Of a DNA stretch of 64,000 bases, positions 30,397 through 39,348 are shown one piece after another (position 1 is the first letter of the stretch; every line of letters starts with the position of its first letter). The notes below the pieces were generated by a model. That model made no database searches. It was not told where the DNA came from and saw nothing but the letters and a program-made list of their open reading frames with translations. Both the position numbers and the translations under genes were made by a program. This DNA is from Candidatus Levybacteria bacterium RIFCSPHIGHO2_02_FULL_40_18 (lineage in GTDB: Bacteria; Patescibacteriota; Microgenomatia; Levybacterales; GWA1-39-11): NCBI GenBank assembly GCA_001782235.1, contig MFOC01000007.1, forward strand, positions 13,094 through 77,093, given 5' to 3'.

Positions 30397-30466
30397 TGCG
30401 GGGTAGTGTAAAGCTGCACAGGAGGCTCATAATCTCCTAGACAAGGTGCGATTCCTTGCTCCGCAA
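30397..30466 (+). tRNA. tRNA-Met(CAT), atypical initiator-like
   Basis: Acceptor TGCGGGG/CTCCGCA, anticodon arm GGAGG-CTCATAA-TCTCC, T-arm CAAGG-TGCGATT-CCTTG. Confidence 0.8.
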
Positions 30467-32173
30467 CACAGTAGGAATTGAGGCATACTTTTCTTCAAAT
30501 TGTGCCCGTAATTCAGCCTCTTTCTCAGGTGCGACCCTTTCCGCAATCACCGGAGATTCTTTTCTCATTCTTGCAATCGCTCCAATGTATTTTGGACTGT
30601 CAAATATAACCTTTTTATCCATAAGTGTTAGGTGCAACCCTAATCCCATAAAAATATCCCGTTTCACTTTAATATCCGGAAGGGCAAATCTCGCTCTAGC
30701 TCTTGCTACAAAATTGAAAGCGCTGGCAGTATCGTTATTGGATTGAATCATCTGCTCATCAAAGTTGCCGAGTTGCTTCTCAATAGCCTTTAATTCGCTC
30801 TCTAGTGCCTCTTTTTGCTCTTTGTATTGTTCGTCTGATAAAAGACTGCTATCAGCATTTGTTGGCGATATTTTAAGCTGTAAGAGGTTGTTCAGTTTTA
30901 TCCTGCAGGAATCGTGTGCCTTTTTAATACCTTTAACTGCTTCTTCCTCAAAATCCTTATTTGCTTCGTTCATTTTGCGAATTTGTTTTATTGCCCAATT
31001 CATAAAAAGAGGGGAAATTTCAACCTGTGAAAGCCTGTTGTCTATTTGTTCCTCAAGGTTATCTACTCTGACTGCGCGCTGTAAGCACGCAGAATTTTTC
31101 TTTCTTCCACACCTGTAATAAACATAGTGAAGTATTTTAGGATTATTCATGTTCTCAATAATTGTTCCACAATCCGTGCATTTATCCTTGTTCTTTTGGG
31201 TAAGGGAAAACTTTGTCTTACAGCTTGAGCAGATACATTGCCATTTTTGTTCAGCTACTATTCCTGAATTACAGAACCCGCAGCGCATAAGGGCATTGAA
31301 AGCATAATCATTATGTTTGAGCTTGTATTGACTCCTACCACCCAACTTCATTTGAATTTCATTAAAAACTTCCTCACTCACGGCTTTTTCATGGCCGCCT
31401 TCATACCATTTCCCACTCCCCAAGGGATATTCAAACTTTCCGCAGTAGAAGGGGTTAGTCAAAATAAAATATATCATAGATAGAGAAAGTGGCTTGCCGC
31501 CTATTCTCTTGTGTTGCCTAGTTTTAAAATGCCATTCTTCATCCGCGATTCTGTGAATTTCAATCGCAGGCGTCCCGGAATGAAATAGCTCAAAAATCTT
31601 TTTTACGTATGGCATACGCTCCGGGTCTGTGGGTATTTTCCTTAATCCGCTTTCGGTTGCTTTGTCATTCAAATATCCTTGTGGGGCTACTCCCGGTCTC
31701 CATCCGTTGCGCGCTTTTCCTTCCAAACCCCTACTTACGACGATACTTTTATCATCACTGTCTTTCTTAGACATTCCAAATTCAAGGGCTAACATAAATT
31801 TATCTTCCGGCGTGTTGCGATATGCACGAGAAGGGGTGCGGATTTCAATAAGTTTTCCTTCGTCCATTAGGTATAATAGTTGTCCTGCGTCAAGAGAGTT
31901 GCGGCATAGTCGGTTAGGATGCCATGTTAATATTGCATTTGCTTCACCTTTCTCTATTCTTTGAAGCATAAGGTTAAAAAGGGGTCTACCTGTCTTAAAA
32001 GCTGATTGGGATTCTTGTAAAACATCAACTACTGAAAGATTTTGTTTCGTTCGGACTCCCTCAATAATGTAAAGTTGGTCAGGTAAAGAGGCGGCTTGTC
32101 TCTCGCGGTTGTCTTCGGAAGATTTACGGGCGTAGCCTATATATTTCAATCTCAATTGTTCATTCATCTTCAT
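30437..32173 (-). CDS. large serine recombinase (resolvase, recombinase and Zn-ribbon domains)
   Basis: YARKS, NRLCRN, APQGY, LTNPFY, Cys clusters; stop codon lies antisense within the tRNA. Confidence 0.93.
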   Translation of the reverse strand: MKMNEQLRLKYIGYARKSSEDNRERQAASLPDQLYIIEGVRTKQNLSVVDVLQESQSAFKTGRPLFNLMLQRIEKGEANAILTWHPNRLCRNSLDAGQLLYLMDEGKLIEIRTPSRAYRNTPEDKFMLALEFGMSKKDSDDKSIVVSRGLEGKARNGWRPGVAPQGYLNDKATESGLRKIPTDPERMPYVKKIFELFHSGTPAIEIHRIADEEWHFKTRQHKRIGGKPLSLSMIYFILTNPFYCGKFEYPLGSGKWYEGGHEKAVSEEVFNEIQMKLGGRSQYKLKHNDYAFNALMRCGFCNSGIVAEQKWQCICSSCKTKFSLTQKNKDKCTDCGTIIENMNNPKILHYVYYRCGRKKNSACLQRAVRVDNLEEQIDNRLSQVEISPLFMNWAIKQIRKMNEANKDFEEEAVKGIKKAHDSCRIKLNNLLQLKISPTNADSSLLSDEQYKEQKEALESELKAIEKQLGNFDEQMIQSNNDTASAFNFVARARARFALPDIKVKRDIFMGLGLHLTLMDKKVIFDSPKYIGAIARMRKESPVIAERVAPEKEAELRAQFEEKYASIPTVLRSKESHLV

Positions 32174-32184
32174 CTTTTTTTATT

Positions 32185-32349
32185 TTATACACTAAGTTTA
32201 ACTTTTGGCAAGTTGTCGCCGTAAATAGCTTTTATAAACTTTATAAGCTTTGTTGCAAGCCCTACAGCTTCTTGATCGTTTAATTCTTCTCCATACTCTT
32301 TCAGGTATAACTCTTTAAATTCGGCAACAGCTTGAGGGTCTAATTGCAC
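32185..32349 (-). CDS. small hypothetical protein (possible directionality factor)
   Basis: 54 aa, MQLDPQAVAEFKELYLKEYGEELNDQEA..., packed between two co-oriented genes; below the ORF-track cutoff. Confidence 0.7.
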   Translation of the reverse strand: MQLDPQAVAEFKELYLKEYGEELNDQEAVGLATKLIKFIKAIYGDNLPKVKLSV

Positions 32350-32351
32350 AG

Positions 32352-32888
32352 TTATTCCCTCTCCCTTTCTGTATCCTCTTGGAAACTACTATCAAAAGAA
32401 CCTAAATCAACCCTAGAAGAACGATAAAGCCTTTGGGGGGTATTCCGATCTCGTTTCTCTTGCGAAATTGCATATTTCTCTTGCAATTCTGCATTAATCC
32501 TATACATATCTGCATAAAGGTCGTGCGGATTTGCATAATCTTTATCATACATTTTGTCAGCGACGTCGGTCAGAAAAAGAGGTAAATAGCCTAGAAGTAT
32601 GTATCGTTTGTGTTTAATTGCATACTTTCTGTCTTTGGCTTCTAGCTTATCAAGTCCTCTTGAGAGTTTGCTTTGGCTAATATTGAGAAGGGCAGCTATT
32701 TCCGTCTGCGTCCCAACAACATGGCCAAATTGATTTGGATACTTCCTGTCCCACCTTGCGTCAATCACTAACGCTATGTAGAGACTAAACAGGTGATAGC
32801 CAATATCCTGTCTAAGCATTTTAGAATGTCTTGGTAGCGCTAGATAGCCATGATACCGTTTAGCTTCATCTTTATTCATATTCATCAC
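32352..32888 (-). CDS. HTH-containing hypothetical protein (possible replication initiator)
   Basis: TQTEIAALLNISQSKLSRGL HTH-like segment. Confidence 0.6.
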   Translation of the reverse strand: MMNMNKDEAKRYHGYLALPRHSKMLRQDIGYHLFSLYIALVIDARWDRKYPNQFGHVVGTQTEIAALLNISQSKLSRGLDKLEAKDRKYAIKHKRYILLGYLPLFLTDVADKMYDKDYANPHDLYADMYRINAELQEKYAISQEKRDRNTPQRLYRSSRVDLGSFDSSFQEDTERERE

Positions 32889-32900
32889 TCCATTGCATAT

Positions 32901-33155
32901 TTATCGCCTTGCAAATAGGCGGTCTTTTAGTGTTTTGATTGAGGTTGCGTATTCTTTGGCGTCAACTTGAAGTTCGCCTGCCCAATAAGCATTAGAGGAG
33001 TGTTCGCAGGAGTTCTTGTCAGCAAATACGAACCAATAGAAGTTTTGCTCTTGCTCTAGCCGGAGTAGTTTTGCCCCTTTGGCTGTCAAGGCGGCCGCTT
33101 CTGATAAATCCTTTGTTCTATAAATATCTTTTCCCCCTACATCCCCATTTTCCAT
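32901..33155 (-). CDS. DUF5659-like protein
   Basis: YRTKDLSEAAAL...FVF...YWAGELQVDAKEY...LKDRLF pattern, recalled rather than searched. Confidence 0.65.
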   Translation of the reverse strand: MENGDVGGKDIYRTKDLSEAAALTAKGAKLLRLEQEQNFYWFVFADKNSCEHSSNAYWAGELQVDAKEYATSIKTLKDRLFARR

Positions 33156-33222
33156 ATAAAAAGACTAAATGCTATGCTTGGGCTAATCATAAAGGATGAG
33201 GCGGATTGAATATAAGAGACGG

Positions 33223-33891
33223 TTAAGGACTTGCTAAATGTCCCCCTGAATTTAAGAAGGCTTTATATCTTTTAATCTGTTTCTTTACATTGTCTACAAA
33301 TGCTCTCGGATCAATTGCTCCTCTGTATGGCGTTCCTGTCGCGATCTGCAGGAGTTTTGCCCCACTTTTCCTTAACCAATACCATTCTCGATCCCTTTTT
33401 ATTTCCTGCTTGGTATCTCCCTTATAAGCACTTTCTAATGGAAGATAAATATTTGAAACTGTATATAACCAATCTCCGTATTTAAAATTTTTCTTTGAGA
33501 TTTCAGACTCGTTTAGATCTTCATTCCTTACCTCTCCGCATACCAATGCTCGTAAAATAAGATCATATAGCGATGGTGAAATGCCGAGCCTTTTTAATAA
33601 TTGCTCAGCCTCGAACTCAACAGGATCCAAATATGCAATCTCGCGTTCTTTGGATGGATCATCTCCTAAATTGTCTTTTGCTTCATAGAGAATCGAAGCG
33701 GCATGCGAACTTAATGGGAAGTCATGGTATGATTCGCGCCATGAATGATACTTATCATAGGGAATCAGACCCTTATTGAGCCTCCAACACTGTCTGATTT
33801 CAATGAAGCTGTTAAGAAGTTTATCCTGATCGAGGATAAATGCAACTCCTGCAAATGTCTTTAAATCGTCAATCTCAATATCAATCTCCAT
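33223..33891 (-). CDS. hypothetical protein
   Basis: 222-aa ORF. Confidence 0.75.
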   Translation of the reverse strand: MEIDIEIDDLKTFAGVAFILDQDKLLNSFIEIRQCWRLNKGLIPYDKYHSWRESYHDFPLSSHAASILYEAKDNLGDDPSKEREIAYLDPVEFEAEQLLKRLGISPSLYDLILRALVCGEVRNEDLNESEISKKNFKYGDWLYTVSNIYLPLESAYKGDTKQEIKRDREWYWLRKSGAKLLQIATGTPYRGAIDPRAFVDNVKKQIKRYKAFLNSGGHLASP

Positions 33892-34017
33892 TTGAGGACA
33901 TTCTACACAAAACCCCTACTCGGTTGCCACCTGTGGGCCGCGAGGATGCCCTGTGGCAAGAGATTATATGAGGTTTTAGGAAATACCCCGACTTGCAAAC
34001 GGGTTTATAATATAAAT

Positions 34018-34407
34018 ATGGAAAATTCAGTGGTAGCCGTCCCTATTGGTAGGCCGGCATTGAGTAACGATGACATAAACCTCATTTTCCGCAAATTAGA
34101 GCCACACTTAAAGATGGGATTGTCTATCAATAGAGCTTGTTATAAAGCCTCGATTCCAAAATCTACAGTCTATGATTTATACAATGAAAATAGTCAATTT
34201 GCGGAAAGAATCGATACTGCTCGAAATTACTTTACAGACTTAATAAATAACATAATACATACTGAATTATTAGACATAGTTGAGTTTCAAAAGATTAGCT
34301 TGGGCCCTTTAAATACAGATGAGAAAAAGTTCATACTATGGATTGCCGCAAATAGCAACGCCATGAAAGAGTATTATTGCTCCAACATCCAAAAGATAGA
34401 TGAGTAA
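34018..34407 (+). CDS. HTH-like hypothetical protein
   Basis: GRP...GLSINRACYKASIPKSTVYD; ATG 7 nt after TATAAT. Confidence 0.65.
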   Translation: MENSVVAVPIGRPALSNDDINLIFRKLEPHLKMGLSINRACYKASIPKSTVYDLYNENSQFAERIDTARNYFTDLINNIIHTELLDIVEFQKISLGPLNTDEKKFILWIAANSNAMKEYYCSNIQKIDE

Positions 34408-34728
34408 TTTATAAAATCAGCTTCAAAGTGGCTCAGAAAACTCGGGTCTTCACCTTTTAAATGGCTCCACAAACTCTACAAATCTCTTTTTAATGGCTCT
34501 AAAAACTCCAATTGACCAAGAATGCTATAATCAAGCTATAATTTGATTGCCTAAACTCACAGTAATGTGGGCATGGCACAAAAACCTTCGCAGAATTAAG
34601 CTCGTCGTCAGAGCATCTGCGAAGGTTGTCGCCCGAAAGGACGGCAGGTGGGGCAACCCATCGTTGGCGGCGAGCTTTGCTATTGTTCGCCTCCAACAAA
34701 ACCTAAACTGTCGAGGGAGGTGAAAAAT

Positions 34729-35172
34729 ATGGGTAAATTAAAATTAGCAGGAATTATTTTTGTAGCATTTATTATCGGCGTATTCGTTGGTATTTCAGGA
34801 AACGGTAGGAGTTCTACTACAAATAGTCAGGAGATAAAACAATCTACAAGCACCAATAGTCCTGCCCCATCAGAAGAAGCAAAAGATACGGGTAAAGTTG
34901 AGGTCAAAAGCCAATCGAAAAAGATATCATCAATTGGATATATGGAAATAGTCGGTGAAGTAGTAAACAATACAGATAGACCTGTGTCATCTATCAAAAT
35001 AACAGCAACCTACTATGATGAGGAAGGTAAAGTCATAGGGACGAGCTTCTCTTATGCAGGGGACACATCAGATACGCCGCTTGCGGTTGGAGCGACAGCT
35101 CCATTTGAGGTAAGCAGCTATCCGGATAAAATAGATACTGACAACTATAAACTTGATGTTAATTGGAATTGA
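34729..35172 (+). CDS. FxLYD-domain secreted or membrane-anchored protein
   Basis: N-terminal TM, GEVVNNT, ATYYDEEGKVIG; SD GGGAGGTG. Confidence 0.8.
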   Translation: MGKLKLAGIIFVAFIIGVFVGISGNGRSSTTNSQEIKQSTSTNSPAPSEEAKDTGKVEVKSQSKKISSIGYMEIVGEVVNNTDRPVSSIKITATYYDEEGKVIGTSFSYAGDTSDTPLAVGATAPFEVSSYPDKIDTDNYKLDVNWN

Positions 35173-35263
35173 TTCCTTTTTTGTTTTTTGGTCAGTTGCT
35201 TTTATGAGTCAAGCTCTACATTAAGTAGGAAAATCTTATGTGGTATATTCTCGTCCTATAGGT

Positions 35264-36007
35264 ATGATTAAAGCGTTAGTCGTCATTTTAGCTTTTCTTG
35301 CATTTCTTATATCCCTTACTCCTACTTCTCATGCGGCATATAAAGAAACTGAAATGGACAAGAAAAAGCTTTTCAAGATAGTGAGTATTACTGATGGCGA
35401 TACAATTACTGCAAGTATTCGCAGAAAAAATGAGAGTTTAAGGTTGCTCGGAATTGATACTCCTGAAAGCGTTGATCCAAGAAAGCCGGTTCAGTGTTTT
35501 GCGAAAGAGGCCACAAACAAAATGAAAGCATTTGTTTTAGGCAAGTTTGTAAAGTTGGTTGACGATCCAACGCAGGGGAATAGAGATAAATATTCAAGAC
35601 TTCTCCGTTATGTTTATTTGCCTGACAGCAAAGCGACTTTTGTAAATGGAGAGATGGTTAAACAAGGGTATGCTTTCTCCTACAGACAATACCCGACAAA
35701 AATGCTCGAGAAGTTCAATGCTTTTGAAAAATACGCACGAGAACATAATTTGGGCTTGTGGGGTTCATGTCCTATAAACGTGAACCCGTCAGCAACACTT
35801 AAACCTGTAAGAACTACAAACCTACCTGTTCAAAATCAACGACCATCACAGTCAGGACCAACTTATACCGGAGGAGACAAGGATTGTTCTGATTTTGCGA
35901 CACACGCGGAAGCTCAAACCTTCTTTATTTCACAGGGCGGGCCGGCAAGCGACCCTCACAGACTTGATGCAGACCATGACGGTCTTGCTTGTGAAACTCT
36001 ACCCTAA
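35264..36007 (+). CDS. secreted thermonuclease with Excalibur Ca-binding domain
   Basis: DGDT, RLLGIDTPE, DKYSRLL, DKDCSDF...LDADHDGLACE. Confidence 0.92.
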   Translation: MIKALVVILAFLAFLISLTPTSHAAYKETEMDKKKLFKIVSITDGDTITASIRRKNESLRLLGIDTPESVDPRKPVQCFAKEATNKMKAFVLGKFVKLVDDPTQGNRDKYSRLLRYVYLPDSKATFVNGEMVKQGYAFSYRQYPTKMLEKFNAFEKYAREHNLGLWGSCPINVNPSATLKPVRTTNLPVQNQRPSQSGPTYTGGDKDCSDFATHAEAQTFFISQGGPASDPHRLDADHDGLACETLP

Positions 36008-36074
36008 ATCTATTTAGGTTAAAAGTTGAGGTAAAACAATCTCAATGTATGACGCCTCTATTAAAATAAGCGCC

Positions 36075-36896
36075 CTATGTAAAACTATTGTTTAAAAAGA
36101 ATTCTCGTATATCAAACACTCTTTTTGAATAATCAACAAACATCTGTATATTGTGTAAAGCGACCTTTCTCACAGGCATATTCCCGGTAGGATGTCCTGC
36201 TTGATTTCTGTTAACACGGATGAAATTGAAAATTCCATCAAGATATGTATCAAGATCTTGTTTAAGGTCTGTAGGAATTTGGTTTAGAAAGTGAGATAGC
36301 TCTGCTTTGAAGATTGTATATTGAGAGGTAATCCATTTATCTCTTATTCGATTTTGGAAAGAAGATCGTCTAGTCGTATTTGGAAGCGCTTGAGCAAAAG
36401 ATTCGATTAGAAGGAGGACTACATTTTCAGATGCAACACCAAGAGTAATAGCAGATGAAAGGAGCAGGTCTCGATTATATGCTGTAATTGCTTCGCCTAG
36501 ATATTTTAAAGTAATATCATCTACGCTTGCTACTTGAGCTTTATACTCCGCTAAATATCCATCAGGATCGTAAGGAAGAATTATCTCATTTTGGAAACAC
36601 TCCTCGCCGTAGCTCGTAACTGATATATACCCAAAACTTTGAGCATCCAAGTCATTTTTATTTCCAAAAGCAAGAAGTCCATTAGAAACCCATTCGTTGA
36701 TTATTTCAAGAATTATTGGGTTAGTTTTTGCTTCTTCGAGGTGATTATATTCGGGCATCATATTCCTAAACAAATCCCTGACGGATTGAATAAGCGTCTG
36801 CCCTTTATAATTACATACCGATTGAAAATCGTCAGAGGAGCACTTTTTAAAGAAAGTGAACATGTGTGTTCTTATCTCGTCTCTCGTCATACTCAA
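36075..36896 (-). CDS. hypothetical protein with C-terminal HEPN-like RxxxxH motif
   Basis: RNQAGH within a helical C-terminal domain. Confidence 0.6.
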   Translation of the reverse strand: MSMTRDEIRTHMFTFFKKCSSDDFQSVCNYKGQTLIQSVRDLFRNMMPEYNHLEEAKTNPIILEIINEWVSNGLLAFGNKNDLDAQSFGYISVTSYGEECFQNEIILPYDPDGYLAEYKAQVASVDDITLKYLGEAITAYNRDLLLSSAITLGVASENVVLLLIESFAQALPNTTRRSSFQNRIRDKWITSQYTIFKAELSHFLNQIPTDLKQDLDTYLDGIFNFIRVNRNQAGHPTGNMPVRKVALHNIQMFVDYSKRVFDIREFFLNNSFT

Positions 36897-37147
36897 TGAT
36901 AATATTATACCTTACAAGAAAAAAGGGTAGATTATGAAATAATAGTGGTGAAATTAAGCTAATTGTGGTATAAATACAGGTGTGGTTTGGGTGAGGAAGT
37001 AGGTGCGGATTTCTTCCAACCCCCGCAACAACGAACCATTCGCTATCGCTCAGGTTCATCGCTGCGCAGCCTAAGAAGCGAGTGTGAGGCAGGAATGTAC
37101 CGGAGTCCTACGACTGGTACGTTCCAACGAAAAAAACCTCTTATCCT

Positions 37148-37411
37148 ATGAAATTCTTCTACGTCTACGTTCTCAAGAGCATTGATAAAGATTTTATTTA
37201 TGTAGGTATCACAGCAAGTCTCGAGAAACGCTTCTTCGAACACAACAACAAGGAAGAGCTTTCAACCAAACAGTACGCTCCATTTGAATTAATATTTTAC
37301 GAAGCATATCTAAACGAAAAAGATGCCAAAAGGCGAGAAGAATATTTCAAAACCACAAAAGGCAAAGTCACACTCCGCCAAATACTAAGGGAATATTTGA
37401 AAGAGACTTAG
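37148..37411 (+). CDS. GIY-YIG nuclease
   Basis: YVYVL, IYVG, KRFFEHN, DAKRREEYFK. Confidence 0.92.
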   Translation: MKFFYVYVLKSIDKDFIYVGITASLEKRFFEHNNKEELSTKQYAPFELIFYEAYLNEKDAKRREEYFKTTKGKVTLRQILREYLKET

Positions 37412-37468
37412 GTTTTAGCTTCAAATATCACAACAGGGTCGAAATGGTTCGCGCCTTTTAAAGTAAGC

Positions 37469-38005
37469 TTAAGTGGTTGATTGCTTGTGGGCTGCAAACT
37501 GTTTGAAGGCCTTTTCAATTCTTCTTTCTATAGAATTATTCCATTTTGAATTCGGTCGTAAAACCCATGCAGGATGAAGAGAATGTGAATCCCCCTTTGA
37601 AAGTTCCTGTAATAATAATGGCATAATTTCAACGAAGACCATGGGAACTCTTCTCTTTTTCCATTCTAGTCTTTCCTCTCCATCTTCAAGAAAAGGGAAT
37701 ACGATTACCCCACTTTTCTCAACTCCTTTAATTGCGGCTTTTGCTGTCTTTTCGTTTACCCCTTCAAAAACCAAGCTATCTGCCACTTCCGCTCTGGCAA
37801 CCTCATTAATTTCACTTTCCGAATTAATGTCGCCAGTTAAATAAGGGTCATCGTTATAAGAATTATGGTCCCTCCAGTAAAAGAGGTGGGGCTCTCTTCC
37901 TCTTATTGCCCACGTCACAATTACAATATGTTTTTGGACACGAGGTTCTACTTGAGGTGTTAGCTCTGGGGCAGAACTACGCTCTGATAGCTCTGGATTA
38001 GCCAT
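37469..38005 (-). CDS. hypothetical protein
   Basis: 178-aa ORF, ATG 5 nt after TAGAAT. Confidence 0.75.
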   Translation of the reverse strand: MANPELSERSSAPELTPQVEPRVQKHIVIVTWAIRGREPHLFYWRDHNSYNDDPYLTGDINSESEINEVARAEVADSLVFEGVNEKTAKAAIKGVEKSGVIVFPFLEDGEERLEWKKRRVPMVFVEIMPLLLQELSKGDSHSLHPAWVLRPNSKWNNSIERRIEKAFKQFAAHKQSTT

Positions 38006-38112
38006 GACGCATTCTATTATATTTTTATTTCTGCGTCAACAATCAAAAATTAAGAATCCTCAACTCTCTTCTTTTTGCTTTTTATTCCCCTTTTTAGTAC
38101 AATAACAACTTA

Positions 38113-38910
38113 ATGAAAAGAGAGAGTTTAAAAGTAGATAAGCGAACAATTGCCGGCAAAAAGGTTAGGAAACTCCGGCGGGAAGGGATTCTTCCTGCCA
38201 ATATTTATGGCAAGGAGTTTAAATCTACCTCTGTTCAGCTCCCAATCAAAGATTTCTTAAATGTATTTAATATCGTACACGAAACAGGTCTTGTGGATAT
38301 TGCATTCGATAGCCAGATAATCCCGGTTCTTATCCATAATGTTCAAATAGATCCCAGAAGCCAAAATCCGGTTCACGCAGATTTCTTTAAAGTAAATCTT
38401 AAAGAAAAAATCACTGCCCGCGTTCCAGTAGTTGCAGTTGGCGAGGCAAAGGCAGTACTTGATAAAGTAGGACTTCTTGAACAGCCGGTTTCAGAGCTTG
38501 AGGTTGAAGCTCTTCCAACAGATCTTCCTGAAAGAATTGAAGTTAATGTCGAGAACCTAGCAAAGGTGGACGATCAAATAATGGTCTCGGACATAAAAGT
38601 TCCGGATGGCATAGCTATCTTAAATGAAACATCACAACTAGTATTTAAGATTGGAGAGCTTGTGACAAAAGAAATGGAAGAAGAGATTGCGGCAGCGGAA
38701 GCTGAGGCGGCAGCTGCAGCGGAAGCACAAGCAGAGACCGCACCTGCCGAAGGTGAGGTTCCTGCTGAAGGAGAAGCGCCAGCAGAGGGCGAAACTCCCA
38801 CCGAGGCTCCAGTCGCACAGACCGAGGGCAAACCTAAACCTGAAGGCGCCGTCCCAGAGGGCTCTGCCCGGAGGGAAAAACCGACCGAAGCAGAAGCTCC
38901 CAAAGAATAA
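38113..38910 (+). CDS. rplY: 50S ribosomal protein L25 (Ctc form)
   Basis: LRREGILPANIYG, HADF, acidic Ala/Glu/Pro tail. Confidence 0.95.
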   Translation: MKRESLKVDKRTIAGKKVRKLRREGILPANIYGKEFKSTSVQLPIKDFLNVFNIVHETGLVDIAFDSQIIPVLIHNVQIDPRSQNPVHADFFKVNLKEKITARVPVVAVGEAKAVLDKVGLLEQPVSELEVEALPTDLPERIEVNVENLAKVDDQIMVSDIKVPDGIAILNETSQLVFKIGELVTKEMEEEIAAAEAEAAAAAEAQAETAPAEGEVPAEGEAPAEGETPTEAPVAQTEGKPKPEGAVPEGSARREKPTEAEAPKE

Positions 38911-38922
38911 ACTAGCTTTTAG

Positions 38923-39285
38923 CTATTGGCCGTTAGCCATTAGCTTTTCAAGCTCTCTTGCTCTTTCGAAAGACGGATCAAGCCTCAAAGCTTCATCTAA
39001 AAAATTTAGGGCTGTTTCTTCATCCCCAAGCTTTGCCGCATAATATCCCGCCTCAAAAAAAGCATCGGGAGAATTAGGGTGTTTGCGAGAAACCTCTACC
39101 CAATAGGAGAAATTCTCAAGCGTCTCTTGCCTTGCTTGTTTGGCCTCTGCCAAATTAATGAACAAGACAGCCACGAGAAGTAAAGTGAAGATGAACAAAA
39201 CGCAAAGGAAGAAAAAAAAATAGTTTATGAAGTAAATCCTTTGCGGTAAAGATTCGGTAATTCTGCGGTAATTAATAGTTAACAT
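38923..39285 (-). CDS. TM-anchored TPR protein
   Basis: HPNSPDAFFEAG...ALRLDPSF. Confidence 0.75.
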   Translation of the reverse strand: MLTINYRRITESLPQRIYFINYFFFFLCVLFIFTLLLVAVLFINLAEAKQARQETLENFSYWVEVSRKHPNSPDAFFEAGYYAAKLGDEETALNFLDEALRLDPSFERARELEKLMANGQ

Positions 39286-39348
39286 ATAATCTATGGAAAT
39301 TGGCTCATGGAAATTGGATATTGGTAATAGAAATTAAAAACCATTTTC

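Larger units (their letters stand above)
30461..37030. mobile_element. integrative element with a large serine recombinase at the tRNA-Met 3' end
   Basis: CCGCAACA direct repeat at 30461-30468 and 37023-37030; recombinase at the left edge; accessory cargo. Confidence 0.8.

Noticed and set aside
34560..34700. c-di-GMP-I riboswitch
   Set aside because: A GAAA tetraloop is present, but the GGCAAAC...GACGCAAAG framework is absent.
37001..37030. Second tRNA or displaced long tRNA 3' half
   Set aside because: Only the 8-bp core matches exactly, no proper T-arm forms, and the sequence is better explained as the recombinase's displaced tail.
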